Positions 49,185-59,823 are shown, counted from the first letter of the stretch. The stretch: 64,000 nt of DNA from an uncultured Chlamydiae bacterium (GCA_963696295.1 CAVOJR010000001.1:1184001-1248000), one strand, 5' to 3'. Translations and numbers: made by a program. The notes: generated by a model from the sequence alone, not told the origin.

Positions 49185-50333
49185 CTATGAAATTATGGCA
49201 CAGCCAAAGCCGCCGTCCAGGCCATCCCGCGTGGGCAAAAGGGTCTGCATGGCGCGGACAGTCAGGGAATGCCTGGCGGCCATTTCCTCGATGAAGGCCT
49301 CGTTTTCCTCCCTCAATATGCTGCAGGTCATGTACCAGATCTCGCCCGAGGAGAGCTGCAGGGCGTGCTCGAAAAGTTTTGTTTGCTGCCTGCGCAGAGC
49401 CGAAAGCTCCTGCTCGCTTAAGCGCCACCTGGCCTCGGGGCGCTTGCGCAGCACCCCGCTATTGCTGCAGGGCACGTCCAGGAGGATTAAATCGAACTTC
49501 CCATCCGTGGGGTACTCCTCGCCAAGCCCGGTGGTCAGGGAGGCTTTTATGCCATACTTGAGGAGGTTTTCCTTCAGGCGGCTGATTTTTTGCTCGGAAA
49601 CGTCATTGGCAAAAAGCCTGGTTTCGGGGTAGAGGTCGTGCGCGGCTATCAGTTTTCCGCCGGGTGAGGCGCAGAGGTCGAGAATCCGCTTGGGCTTATT
49701 GGCCGTTTTCAAAAATTCCATCAGCCGAAAGGGCGTCTCATTTTGAATGTAGTAATCGGGAGAATTGGCCACCTTCTGAATCTCATCAACCCTGATGATG
49801 GTTTGATCCGAACGCCTGCGCGCCATCCAGACAGGGGTCTGATTGCCGATATCGAGGATCTCAAGGGCCGTTTCCCTCCCCCGCTCCTCGATCAGCCGCT
49901 CCACAAAATAGGGAGGATAGGAATAAAAGACGCTCTCATCATCCTCCGGCAAAGCCACCGCTTTCATTTTCCGGAGCAGCGCGTTCAAAAACCTGGCAAA
50001 ATAGGAGCCGCAGTATTTTTTGGCAAGCTCCATGCTCTCATTGACGATGGCGTAATCAGGCACGCGGTCCATGAAGTAGTGTTGATAAAGGGCCGTGCGA
50101 AGCAGGGCGCGCTCCTTTCTTTTTAAATTGAGCTTCCCTTCGTTCAAACTATCGGCAATATAATCCAAACTCAACGCCCTTTTGGCGGATCCATAGGCGA
50201 TCTCACGGGCGAGGCCCGCATCTTTTTGGTCCGGGTTCTGCTCCGCGATCCAGCGGTTAAGGCTATCCTGCAGATAACACTCTTCTCTTAGAGAAGCTAA
50301 AAGGGCTGTGTAGGCAATTTCTCTCGGATTCAA
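49185..50333 (-). CDS. rsmB: 16S rRNA m5C967 methyltransferase RsmB-like (NusB-like domain plus MTase)
   Basis: AIVNES, FLNALLR, LDLCASPGGK, LDVPCSNSG, YMTCSI..EENE. Confidence 0.8.
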   Translation of the reverse strand: MNPREIAYTALLASLREECYLQDSLNRWIAEQNPDQKDAGLAREIAYGSAKRALSLDYIADSLNEGKLNLKRKERALLRTALYQHYFMDRVPDYAIVNESMELAKKYCGSYFARFLNALLRKMKAVALPEDDESVFYSYPPYFVERLIEERGRETALEILDIGNQTPVWMARRRSDQTIIRVDEIQKVANSPDYYIQNETPFRLMEFLKTANKPKRILDLCASPGGKLIAAHDLYPETRLFANDVSEQKISRLKENLLKYGIKASLTTGLGEEYPTDGKFDLILLDVPCSNSGVLRKRPEARWRLSEQELSALRRQQTKLFEHALQLSSGEIWYMTCSILREENEAFIEEMAARHSLTVRAMQTLLPTRDGLDGGFGCAIIS

Positions 50334-50365
50334 GGCTAGTCACTTTTTAGCCTAAATTTACCATA

Positions 50366-51328
50366 TTATTCGAGCAAACACAAGCCGCACATAACATGGC
50401 CAGCCACATCAATGCGCGCTTCATCGCTGAAACGGCTGTGAATAAATCCCCCATGAAAATCTTTCAGGGTCTCTGTTTGCAAGGGCTCAAGAAAGGCGAG
50501 GCAGCGTTCAATCTCGCTCTCAACCCAAGGATCGCTCTTTAAATTAAGCATTTTAAGCGCGCTTCGACCATGGGCCAGCCCTTCCATATAACAGGCCACT
50601 TCCACGGTAGCCACATGATTGCCGAAGGGAGTTTGGGCGATTCTTGCATGCCTTAAGGCCGAAAAAAGTTCCTGCAGTTGATCTCCTTGCCTGTCAATCC
50701 AATGATAGAGCAGCTGAAATTGCCAGTTAAAATAAAAGGTTGCGTAATCTGACGCTATGTGCCGCTGGCGGGTGGAGAACTGATAGTCAATGCTCCGTTT
50801 GACAGCCTCTTTCCCGCGCCCGGCGGCGATGAGGCCGATCAAGGCTTCGGGCAGATAAAAGGCTTCCCCGCCCAAATCGCTCTCGCTATCGTCAAAAAAT
50901 AGGGAAAAGGAGCCGTCTGCCCGCTGCCGCTCGAGGATCCTTTCCGCTAACGGGAGGTCCCAATGATCCGGAAGAAGGGCGGGAAAAACCGATTCGCATC
51001 TCTTTAAAGCCAGCAGGAATAAACCGATGTCTCCGATATTCAGCGATCGAAACTCCCCCTTTTGATAAAGCGCGTGGTAAGCCTTGAGCGTTTTTTGAAC
51101 GACCTTCTCGAACAGGGTGGAATCAAAGGAAATTTTTCTATTTCTAAAGAATTGGACCAACTCGAGAATATCGCAGATGGTCCCCACATCCCGAATGGAA
51201 CTATGCTGGTAGGCGTAAGGATGCCGCTGATCCGGCGGATCGACATAATAAAGGCGCATCTCTTTATTGTCCGACATATACCGAAAAAAATCGGCTATGC
51301 GGAAAAGCATGGGGAGTACGACCTCCAT
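50366..51328 (-). CDS. Hypothetical protein, possible (alpha/alpha) toroid fold
   Basis: 320-aa ORF; QRADGSF, GGF....RIDVAGH; follows the upstream gene by 1 bp. Confidence 0.6.
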   Translation of the reverse strand: MEVVLPMLFRIADFFRYMSDNKEMRLYYVDPPDQRHPYAYQHSSIRDVGTICDILELVQFFRNRKISFDSTLFEKVVQKTLKAYHALYQKGEFRSLNIGDIGLFLLALKRCESVFPALLPDHWDLPLAERILERQRADGSFSLFFDDSESDLGGEAFYLPEALIGLIAAGRGKEAVKRSIDYQFSTRQRHIASDYATFYFNWQFQLLYHWIDRQGDQLQELFSALRHARIAQTPFGNHVATVEVACYMEGLAHGRSALKMLNLKSDPWVESEIERCLAFLEPLQTETLKDFHGGFIHSRFSDEARIDVAGHVMCGLCLLE

Positions 51329-51329
51329 A

Positions 51330-51698
51330 TCAATTCGCGAGGCGTCTGCGCTTGTCGGTAAGCCTATCCACCGCAGCTCTCACAGCCTGGTTTTTGTCAT
51401 TACTGCCGTTCGGCTGGTTGGCGAGCTCGAGCACCAGGGCTTTTCCCTCCGGGGTTAAACTCTCGTAGATTTTTTGCATCTGGGGATTAAGCTGCTTCAG
51501 CAAGGCCTCTTCGTTGAGATAATTCTCTTTGGCCATAGTCACCGTGCTGGCATTCACTTTGGGTTTTGAAGTCATATCGTTGTTATTGTTCGCAGCTATC
51601 GCATCATCGAACTGGCATAAAAAATAGGGTTCCTGCAATTCGGCATTTATCCCCTGTGTGCCTAAGAGAATCGCGATGAGGAATGGAATTTTTTTCAT
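51330..51698 (-). CDS. Small exported hypothetical protein
   Basis: Signal peptide MKKIPFLIAILLGTQGINA; AGGAGG RBS. Confidence 0.7.
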   Translation of the reverse strand: MKKIPFLIAILLGTQGINAELQEPYFLCQFDDAIAANNNNDMTSKPKVNASTVTMAKENYLNEEALLKQLNPQMQKIYESLTPEGKALVLELANQPNGSNDKNQAVRAAVDRLTDKRRRLAN

Positions 51699-51798
51699 AA
51701 GCCTCCTGAAGTTAAGGTTATTTTTTAATTTGCAACAATTGAGCCCTCAACGCAAGCCTTTTTTTGCGAAAAATGATCAATCCATTATACTGAAAAAC

Positions 51799-52638
51799 AT
51801 GAAGCTGTTTCTTTTTCTCCTACTCTTAGCTCCCTTAAGCGCTGACGTTCATCGCCAATACTTTGAAGACTCCACGCAACTTGAAATGCTCTCGCAATAT
51901 GATTTGGGGGAAAAACATGGGGAGCAAATACGTTATTACCTCAATGCCCAAAGACAATCCGTTGCCACCTACGACCACGGCGTGCTGCATGGTCTGAAAG
52001 CCGCCTGGGACATCAACGGAGAATTGATTGAGGAGGCCTTTTACGAGGCGGGAAATTTGACCGGGCGCTGCTACCGCCTTCATCCCGACGGACAAAAAAT
52101 CATCTCCCACTACAAAAACAACCTTTTGGATGGCTGGCACCAAATCTTCTATCCTTCTCAAGATGTTATAGGAGAGGTAAAAGCCCTCGAAGCCTATTAC
52201 CAGCAAGGTTTGCTCGAAGGAGAGCTCTCGGAATATAGTGAGAAAGGGATCAAAATTGCCTCAACGCCCTACAAACGAGGTAAAAAAGAAGGGACGGCGA
52301 TGATTTTTGAGCCGGAAGGGCGGATTCTCTGCTCGGCGGAGTTTAAGGATGATAAACGGAACGGCATGACTTATGAATATTACCCCAACGGCGATATCGC
52401 CTCGGCCTGCTGCATGATCGACGATAAAAGAGAGGGGGAGGAAAAGAGATTTTTCGAAAACGGCAAATTAAAAGTCTTAAATTTTTATAAAAATGACCTC
52501 CTGGAAGGACTCTGCCGGGAGTGGGACGCGGAAGGCAAAGTGATTTTTGAAGGGCGCTATTCCAATGGCCTGAGAGAAGGCGCTTTTCAAAAATTCGATC
52601 TGTGTTCCCATTTTGAAAAGGATCAAAGAGTGAAATGA
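51799..52638 (+). CDS. MORN-variant repeat (YwqK-like) exported protein
   Basis: Repeated Y..G...G....Y..NG units; signal peptide MKLFLFLLLLAPLSA. Confidence 0.8.
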   Translation: MKLFLFLLLLAPLSADVHRQYFEDSTQLEMLSQYDLGEKHGEQIRYYLNAQRQSVATYDHGVLHGLKAAWDINGELIEEAFYEAGNLTGRCYRLHPDGQKIISHYKNNLLDGWHQIFYPSQDVIGEVKALEAYYQQGLLEGELSEYSEKGIKIASTPYKRGKKEGTAMIFEPEGRILCSAEFKDDKRNGMTYEYYPNGDIASACCMIDDKREGEEKRFFENGKLKVLNFYKNDLLEGLCREWDAEGKVIFEGRYSNGLREGAFQKFDLCSHFEKDQRVK

Positions 52639-52970
52639 TGTTTTGCTGGAAATGCGGCGGGGAACTGAAAGAGCTCTACTTAAAAACCACCCTCAGCAAG
52701 GTGGCCTTCCGGGCCGCCTGCGAGCACTGCCAGGCCCCTTTGCATTGCTGCCGAAACTGCGTCCATTACAAGCCGGGACTTCCAAACGATTGCGACGTGC
52801 CTGGGACCGAATTCGTGTCAGACCGGGAAGCCATGAACTATTGCGAGGAGTTTTCGATTTTGGGCAAAAAGGTCGGCCCCGCTTCCACCCCCAAAGACGT
52901 TTCAAAGCGCTTATTCGGCGAAGAGCCTGAAGAGAAGAAGAAAAACCCGTTCGACGATTTGTTCAGTTAG
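52635..52970 (+). CDS. Small Cys-rich (zinc-binding) hypothetical protein
   Basis: CWKC, CEHC, HCCRNC, C...NYCEEF; coupled to the upstream gene. Confidence 0.75.
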   Translation: MMFCWKCGGELKELYLKTTLSKVAFRAACEHCQAPLHCCRNCVHYKPGLPNDCDVPGTEFVSDREAMNYCEEFSILGKKVGPASTPKDVSKRLFGEEPEEKKKNPFDDLFS

Positions 52971-53192
52971 CTTTCATTATATTTCCGGCCGTGATCAACA
53001 CTTCACCATGGCAGGTAAAAACACCCGCTGCTTTCTCTTTTTTGCTCAAGACTCCATCAATGGGAAGGGAAAGGCAGAGATCTTCCAGCGTTTTCCTGGT
53101 CTCCTCATGGATAAACCGGTGCGATTGTTTTATCTTTTTCAAGAAGATCGGGAAATTCTATTTTTCCCGCGCTTCAACATAATATCTTATTT

Positions 53193-53762
53193 TTAAGAAT
53201 AAATAAACTGAAACAGCTCGGCGATACCGAAACGGCGCTTATCACGAAATGTCAGGTTCTGGTAGCCCTCTAGAGGCAAATTGATCTTGGCTTTATACAT
53301 CGCTTCAACGAAAACTCGTCCCTCCGGTTTGATCAAACGGCTTTCATCCAGCAAATTCAAAAGCTTTAAATAACAGTCGGGATCGTCCAGGTCGTAGGGA
53401 GGATCGATGTAGACAATGTCAAAAGGTTCCCCTCTTTTATCCAATTGGGGTAAGAGCTTATAAGCATCGCCGTAAAGGACGGAAACATTGTTCTGGAGCG
53501 CGAGCTCTTTCGCATTATCCGTAATGCAGCGGATGCTGTTTTTGCTATTGTCGATAAAAACCGCAAATTCAGCGCCCCGGCTTAAGGCTTCAAAACCCAT
53601 AGCGCCCGAGCCCGCGAAAATATCGAGAAATCTGGCTCCCGCTATCGTGTGCTGGCAAATATTGAAAACGGCTTCGCGCACCTGGCTCGTGGTAGGCCTG
53701 ACATCAAGCCCTTCGGGCACTTTTATCTTTCTATTTCTGAACTCGCCGGCAACAATTCTCAT
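53193..53762 (-). CDS. rsmD: 16S rRNA m2G966 methyltransferase
   Basis: MRIVAG, RPT...REAVFN, LDIFAGSGAMGFEALSRGA, DPPY. Confidence 0.94.
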   Translation of the reverse strand: MRIVAGEFRNRKIKVPEGLDVRPTTSQVREAVFNICQHTIAGARFLDIFAGSGAMGFEALSRGAEFAVFIDNSKNSIRCITDNAKELALQNNVSVLYGDAYKLLPQLDKRGEPFDIVYIDPPYDLDDPDCYLKLLNLLDESRLIKPEGRVFVEAMYKAKINLPLEGYQNLTFRDKRRFGIAELFQFIYS

Positions 53763-53765
53763 ATA

Positions 53766-54866
53766 TTAATTCATCAAGATGTGATTGATCTTCCAGACAT
53801 TATCCTCGAGGATTAATTCAAACTCCACAGGCAAATGGCGATCATCCTCTAGAGAACTGAGCGTAGCTAAAACTACAGCCTCATTTTTAGACTGTTTGAC
53901 GGAATGAATTTTAGAAGCGCGATGATGAAAGAAAGTCTCCTGTTTTTTCACAAATGATTTAAAATCCTGCAAGGTGAGCGACTGCTGAAATTCCTTTGAG
54001 GAATAGTCAAAATAGGCTTTGGCTATTTCATGAGCGCGAATGGCTGCCAACTGCGACAGGATGATTCCTTCTGGATCGACAGGAAGATCGCCCTGGCGGC
54101 AGAATTCCATGGCAGAAATTTTCCATGTCCCCTTCTCTTTGCTCAGATGAAACACCATCTCTGAAACCGACCCATCGGCATGCAAACCCACCTTCCACTT
54201 GTCTCTGCCGGTATCGAGAAATTCCGCTTTCTCGAAACTCCTCAAAGGAGCGAAAAACTCGACCATTTCCTGAAAAGAACCCAAGGAGGTTTTACTTTGA
54301 AAATCGCGGCCGGTATAAGTGTAATAGGCGTCGACCACATCGCCGTTTTTAATCGCCGTTAACTGCCCCTGAATAGTCTGCTCAATTTCCTGCCTCACTT
54401 CATCATCATAAGGAAAATAATCGCCATCAAGCCCGATTTTGGTGATTTTCCAATTTAAATTTTCCCTTTGAAAGCGAAATAGAGCGGAGTACTCTCCCCC
54501 TTTTGCCGAAACCAGCTTCACTTCGAGCTTTCCCTTTTTTGCATCCAGGGAATCATAATCGATTTCGCACGATTCGTACTGCATCAATATGGGGTTTTTG
54601 GCGAGAAACTCCCTAAAATCGATCAGATCAGATTTTCCCTGGAATTTGCTCGCGGTATAGGCATAAAAGGCTTTGGAATATTCCCTATTATGCAAAGCCT
54701 CAAGCTCGGCTTTGGCGATAGCCGGCATGGCTTGAAAGAAGTTATAATAAAGGACGCCTCCAAGCGGAAGGGATAAGCAGAATGCAAAGAGCATCTGCAG
54801 CCAAAGGGGATACTTGCTCCTCCATGACTTAACCAGTTCCACATGTCCGCACTTATTGCAATACAT
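53766..54866 (-). CDS. Membrane-anchored protein with three NTF2-like (DUF4864-like) repeats
   Basis: One TM segment followed by three copies of (Q/E)L.A....(AY/AF)..Y....FQ.....F..F/M...WKI. Confidence 0.75.
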   Translation of the reverse strand: MYCNKCGHVELVKSWRSKYPLWLQMLFAFCLSLPLGGVLYYNFFQAMPAIAKAELEALHNREYSKAFYAYTASKFQGKSDLIDFREFLAKNPILMQYESCEIDYDSLDAKKGKLEVKLVSAKGGEYSALFRFQRENLNWKITKIGLDGDYFPYDDEVRQEIEQTIQGQLTAIKNGDVVDAYYTYTGRDFQSKTSLGSFQEMVEFFAPLRSFEKAEFLDTGRDKWKVGLHADGSVSEMVFHLSKEKGTWKISAMEFCRQGDLPVDPEGIILSQLAAIRAHEIAKAYFDYSSKEFQQSLTLQDFKSFVKKQETFFHHRASKIHSVKQSKNEAVVLATLSSLEDDRHLPVEFELILEDNVWKINHILMN

Positions 54867-55894
54867 TATTTATATATCCCATAATATTCGATCAAATTCT
54901 CAGCCTGCAAATAATGGGTCAATTTCAGTTTTTCATAGATGCGAAGACCTTTGGCATTATAACCTTGCTGAAAATACAAAATGCCCAATTTGAAGAGGGT
55001 TTCATGATCATTCGGCCTTAAAGTGAGAATGGTCTCATACTCACGCATCTCCTCTTCCGGCATCTGCAGGTCGTGATAGCTATAGGCTAATTGAAGATGG
55101 ACCCAGGCGTCGTCTGGAGCATAGTCGCTTAAAATTTTAAATTCCTCAATCGCCCTCTCAGCCGTCTCGCGGAATTTGTTGTCCATCTCCCGCCTTATCC
55201 CCTGATTGGAAAACCATCTGTCCTCTTCATCGCTTCCGCTTTTGCGGTATATGCCCGAAAGCAAAATGTAGGTATTGGCTAAAGCGGCATGCACATCGAG
55301 ACTGGTAGGTTCGCATTTCACCAGTTTGATGTGTTCCTCAATAGAGGCGTGCAGCAAAAGCTCCCGCATGGCCAGCACATCTTCCCAAAAACAATAGCAG
55401 CTCCATTTTTCCATGGTGGAAGACAAAAAATCCAACCATTTTGGAGGATTATAGTAATTGCACTCCCAGTTTTGCAAAGTAGTAGCCCATTTGTTAAAGG
55501 CATTGGAAAGCACGATATGATGTTCAGCCACCCCTTCTTGGAAATGGATCAGCTGCTTGCATATGGAACTAAAACCGGACTTTATTTTTTTAAACTGGTT
55601 CCTTTTTTGCGACTGCAAATAGAGACGCAGGATAAAATAGGAAAAAAATGTTAAAAAAACAAAGCTCAAGCTCAGGGCGAGGAAGGAAGTTTGAGCGAGG
55701 TAGGCAAAAAAAACCGTCAGGAGAACCGCCTCAACTACCCCTAATAGGGTGAAAAAGAGGTGGAATGCCAGATGCCATTTGAGGAGGCGGTCAAATTTCG
55801 GCTGGGTCTGTTGAATAATTTTATTAATTTGAGAATGGTAATAAAGGCTGTCGCTTTGCAGCAACTCTTCAGTTTCATTTTGAGTGGCAAACAT
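54866..55894 (-). CDS. Membrane protein with C-terminal TPR repeats
   Basis: Two TM helices, then HAALANTY, WVHLQLAYSYHDL, ETLFKLGILYFQQG; probable start MFATQN. Confidence 0.75.
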   Translation of the reverse strand: MFATQNETEELLQSDSLYYHSQINKIIQQTQPKFDRLLKWHLAFHLFFTLLGVVEAVLLTVFFAYLAQTSFLALSLSFVFLTFFSYFILRLYLQSQKRNQFKKIKSGFSSICKQLIHFQEGVAEHHIVLSNAFNKWATTLQNWECNYYNPPKWLDFLSSTMEKWSCYCFWEDVLAMRELLLHASIEEHIKLVKCEPTSLDVHAALANTYILLSGIYRKSGSDEEDRWFSNQGIRREMDNKFRETAERAIEEFKILSDYAPDDAWVHLQLAYSYHDLQMPEEEMREYETILTLRPNDHETLFKLGILYFQQGYNAKGLRIYEKLKLTHYLQAENLIEYYGIYK

Positions 55895-55895
55895 T

Positions 55896-56831
55896 TCACA
55901 TATCCGTCGATTGAGGAAGCTCAACAGCTTCTTCCCTATAACTCTCTTTCAATTCTTCAAAATAAAAGATAAAAAGGCCACAAAAAACAACGACGAACGA
56001 CAAATAGAATGAAATTCCGATCGACTCTCCGAGAAAGGACCAGCCGAATATCGCAGCGAAAATCGGAGTGGTCAAACCGGCAAAGGACATAAAAGTCGCG
56101 GAGAATCTCTTCAAAAGATAGCCATACAGGTTATAGCAGATCAAATTGGAAACCACTATCAGCAAAAGAGCGCACTCAAAAAAGGGGAGAAAGCCGACAA
56201 CGGGAATCGGATCCCAATTTTCGACCAGGCCCGAATGGATCAAAGCGATGACCCCGCCTACCGCCATGCTCATCCCGTTTGCCATAATGGGGGAATTTCC
56301 CTGCTCATTCACACATTGCCTGAGGAGAATCCAGCCATACACACTGCAGAGGACGGCGCAGATCATCGACAGCTCCGGCCAGGAAAACATAAAGAGATGG
56401 CCTACAGAACTTTCCGTTTCGGTCTGGCTGAGCAATATAGGGAACATGCCAATAAATCCGATAAGCAAACCGGCCCATTTTTTTAACGTGAGGATTTCGG
56501 AGAAAATAAAATAAGAAAACAGGGCTGATAAAAATGGGGACAAACTGTAGATAAAACAGGTTTTAAAAGAAGTTAAGTACTTTAAAGCCCAGAATTCGAA
56601 CATATTAGTCAAATAAATATTAAAAATAGCCAGAAGAAAGAGGCGCCACGCCATTTTCCCGTTAAAAACCACCTTCTCTTTTCGGATAAAAAACTGGAAA
56701 GCCAGCATCAAAATACCGGCGAGGAGCATGCGCGATCCGACAAAGAAGAAGGGCTCGGTATGGCCAAGGCCGATTTTGGCTATGGTGAATACGCTGGCAA
56801 AAAGGGCATAGAGTAATACGACTAAAAACAT
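55896..56831 (-). CDS. DMT/EamA family transporter
   Basis: 10 TM segments; RMLLAG, SLSPF, GLLIGFIG, P.FAAIFGWSFLGE. Confidence 0.88.
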   Translation of the reverse strand: MFLVVLLYALFASVFTIAKIGLGHTEPFFFVGSRMLLAGILMLAFQFFIRKEKVVFNGKMAWRLFLLAIFNIYLTNMFEFWALKYLTSFKTCFIYSLSPFLSALFSYFIFSEILTLKKWAGLLIGFIGMFPILLSQTETESSVGHLFMFSWPELSMICAVLCSVYGWILLRQCVNEQGNSPIMANGMSMAVGGVIALIHSGLVENWDPIPVVGFLPFFECALLLIVVSNLICYNLYGYLLKRFSATFMSFAGLTTPIFAAIFGWSFLGESIGISFYLSFVVVFCGLFIFYFEELKESYREEAVELPQSTDM

Positions 56832-57026
56832 AAGCCTCTTAAATATATCTAAAAAATTGAAATTTTACCTCAAAACACCTTTAAATGGAATAAAATAATC
56901 AATCCAGCTTAAATGCTAAACTTCAATAGTTTGCATTAAAAATAAAAATTTATATACATCAAAATATCCCAGACGTGATATATATAGAAATAGGGCGCAT
57001 TTTTGATTATATGGGGTTAGATTACT

Positions 57027-57725
57027 ATGCAAAAACCACGGCTGCTACTGATTGAAGATGAAGAAGATATCGCAGCACTTATCAAATTACAGGCCGAAAT
57101 TTCGGGGTATAAGCTGCATGTCGAGGTCGACGGTTTAAACGGCCTGAGGGCGATTGAACGGGAAAAGCCCGACCTGATCATTTTGGACATCATGCTGCCC
57201 GGCCAAAGCGGCCTGGATGTATGCCGTAAAGTTAAGAGCAATCCGGAACTCAAAAATATCCCGGTTATCATGATCTCTGCAAAAAGCGAGGAGCTGGATG
57301 TCGTGCTGGGCCTTGAGCTCGGCGCTGACGACTATGTCACTAAACCCTTCTCGGCCAAGATCTTATTCTCACGTATCAGAGCCGTATTGAGACGCGGAAC
57401 GGAACCTGAAAAAGAGCCCAAGATTATCCAATTCGGCCCCCTTACCATGGAAGTCGACCACTACCGGGTTAAAAGGGATGGGGAAATAGTCAATTTGACT
57501 TTATCGGAATTCGGCATTCTGAAGCGTTTGCTTGTCAACCGGGGCAAGGTTCTTTCCAGGAACCAGCTGCTGGATGATGTGCAAAACGACGACGCCTTTA
57601 TTGTCGACCGCAATATCGACGTGCATATCGCCGCCCTGCGCAAAAAGCTGGGTCCCAATTTCAACTACATCGAAACGGTGAGAGGTGTAGGCTACCGCTT
57701 CAAGGAAGACGAGGAGTTAGAGTAG
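57027..57725 (+). CDS. OmpR/PhoB-family response regulator
   Basis: IEDE, LDIMLP (phospho-Asp), GADDYVTKPF, LTLSEF, DVHI..LRKKL, IETVRGVGY. Confidence 0.94.
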   Translation: MQKPRLLLIEDEEDIAALIKLQAEISGYKLHVEVDGLNGLRAIEREKPDLIILDIMLPGQSGLDVCRKVKSNPELKNIPVIMISAKSEELDVVLGLELGADDYVTKPFSAKILFSRIRAVLRRGTEPEKEPKIIQFGPLTMEVDHYRVKRDGEIVNLTLSEFGILKRLLVNRGKVLSRNQLLDDVQNDDAFIVDRNIDVHIAALRKKLGPNFNYIETVRGVGYRFKEDEELE

Positions 57726-57931
57726 CCGTCCCTTAAAAACCCTTGCGATGAAAAAATGATTTTTTTATGAAAAATGCACCTTGTTCGTCGTCCAACCCTA
57801 CCGGGTCCCCAGCGAATTTGCCATTTCTTCTCTCGGAGCCCTTGTTTTTCAGGCCCGACTAGAGAGAGTAATAGCTATCGCTTAAGATGAGTAAAAGCCT
57901 GCTGTATTTGTTTATTCATTCAGGCCGAATG

Positions 57932-59104
57932 CTATTTCTTAAGATTAGCCTGCCTGACTGCCTCTGAAAGTTTGCCTGCTCTATCTGTCTTTTCCCAGTT
58001 AAATTCATTCCGGCCGAAATGACCACCAAAAGCCGTCTTCCGGTAGATCGGACGGAGCAAATCCAGCATTTCAATAATCCCTTTAGGAGTCAGATCGAAA
58101 ACCTGTGGAATAGCCCTGGCTAAAATATCTTCTGAAACAGTGGAAGTTCCAAAAGTTTCCACTTTAATCGAGATGGGATAGGCGACGCCGATCGCATAGG
58201 AGAGCTGAATTTCACATCGCTTAGCCAATTTTGCCGCGACGACATTTTTTGCCACATACCGGGCGGCATAACTGGCGGAGCGATCCACTTTAGAGGGATC
58301 CTTGCCGGAAAAACATCCTCCCCCATGACGCCCCATCCCTCCGTAAGTGTCGACAATCACTTTGCGCCCTGTGAGTCCGCAATCAGCCGCAGGGCCGCCA
58401 AGGACAAAACGCCCGGTGGGATTGATATAATAAAGGGTGTCTTTATCGATCAGGCCGGCGGGAACGATTTGATGAATGAGCTCCTTCATATCCCGCTCCA
58501 AGATAACGCGGCTCACCTCTTCATTGTGCTGCACCGAGAGGACAACCGTGTGCAAACGCCTGGGAACATCCTCTTGATCGTATTCGATGGTTATTTGGGT
58601 TTTGCCATCCGGCCGCAAATAGGGAATTTTACCGGAAACCCTGACTTCGTGCAGCTTCCGCACAATCCGGTTGCAAAGCGCAATCGGCATCGGCATCAGC
58701 TCCTCCGTTTCGTCAGAAGCGTAACCAAACATAATCCCCTGATCCCCGGCGCCCTGTTCTTTGAATAACCCTTGCCCTTCCAAAACCCCTTGGGCGATAT
58801 CGGGAGATTGTTTGTTGATGGTAAGTATGATGCCGCAGGATCTGGAGTCAAACCCTAAAGCGCAATCATTATATCCGATCTCTTTGATCATCTCTCTTGC
58901 TATTTGTTGGTAGTCGGGTTGAAAATTCGACGTGATCTCCCCGGCAATGACAACCAGACCGGTGGAAACCAGGCACTCGCAGGCCACTTTCGCCAAAGGA
59001 TCCTTTTGCAGGCAGACGTCCAGGATGGCATCGGAGATTTGATCGGCTACCTTGTCGGGGTGGCCGATGGCAACGGATTCAGAGGTAAAAAGGTAGTTTT
59101 TCAT
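57932..59104 (-). CDS. metK: S-adenosylmethionine synthetase
   Basis: [38 protein letters not shown]. Confidence 0.98.
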   Translation of the reverse strand: MKNYLFTSESVAIGHPDKVADQISDAILDVCLQKDPLAKVACECLVSTGLVVIAGEITSNFQPDYQQIAREMIKEIGYNDCALGFDSRSCGIILTINKQSPDIAQGVLEGQGLFKEQGAGDQGIMFGYASDETEELMPMPIALCNRIVRKLHEVRVSGKIPYLRPDGKTQITIEYDQEDVPRRLHTVVLSVQHNEEVSRVILERDMKELIHQIVPAGLIDKDTLYYINPTGRFVLGGPAADCGLTGRKVIVDTYGGMGRHGGGCFSGKDPSKVDRSASYAARYVAKNVVAAKLAKRCEIQLSYAIGVAYPISIKVETFGTSTVSEDILARAIPQVFDLTPKGIIEMLDLLRPIYRKTAFGGHFGRNEFNWEKTDRAGKLSEAVRQANLKK

Positions 59105-59823
59105 CAGGTATATTTCCTATCTAGAAAAATCAAATTGAATTCCGTTTTTGCCGCCAAAATGTAGTTATTTTCAACCATCAGTCTATATATTTTAAACATA
59201 CTGTCTTTCTTATATTGCGGAGAGGGTTCGCAAGAAATAATCCAGGGGCGGTGTTTATTAAAGTTTATCCCATTTAAAATTTCATAATCAAGCCCTTCCA
59301 CATCTATCGAAAGATACATGATCGACTCATAGGGGGCCAATAAATCCCGGATATGGATATTCCTGACTTCGATTTGTTTGACAATGCCGCTCTCCTTAGG
59401 ATACATAGCGTTAAAGGTACGGATATGTTCCGCATCTAATGATGAAAGCTCCTTAGCTTGTGCGACATTAAGCCAGACGGTATCAACCTCCCTTGCAGAA
59501 ACGGCGCATTCTTTGATCTCATCCCGGGGGCGGGCTTTTTGTAAGGCGGGAATCAGTTCAGGATCGGCTTCAACCAATACCCCGTGGGCGTTGTATTTGA
59601 GATAAAAGAGATAAGTATTGCTCGTCTGGACCGGGTGGTTCGCCCCGATTTCCATGTAAAAAATATTCTCCACGGGCTTTGACCTGCTGAAAATTGACAA
59701 AAGCAGCGACTCGACAATGATATCTTCGGCATCCTGAGAATAGGTTTCGGGAAGAGGGGTATTTATCCAATTTAGAGGTAAATCCAGGCGCTGGCATTCA
59801 GCCAGGATAAAGGGATTGAACAT
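59104..59823 (-). CDS. FkbM-family methyltransferase
   Basis: EIGANHP...[18 protein letters not shown]. Confidence 0.85.
   Translation of the reverse strand: MFNPFILAECQRLDLPLNWINTPLPETYSQDAEDIIVESLLLSIFSRSKPVENIFYMEIGANHPVQTSNTYLFYLKYNAHGVLVEADPELIPALQKARPRDEIKECAVSAREVDTVWLNVAQAKELSSLDAEHIRTFNAMYPKESGIVKQIEVRNIHIRDLLAPYESIMYLSIDVEGLDYEILNGINFNKHRPWIISCEPSPQYKKDSMFKIYRLMVENNYILAAKTEFNLIFLDRKYT

Noticed and set aside
51799..52970. YwqK-like gene plus small Cys-rich gene as a toxin-antitoxin pair
   Set aside because: MORN-variant repeats are generic, the protein has a signal peptide, and the partner has no toxin motif.
57726..57931. Intergenic region between convergent genes as a possible ncRNA or SAM riboswitch
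   Set aside because: It lies downstream rather than upstream of metK, and no recognisable conserved RNA motif was seen.
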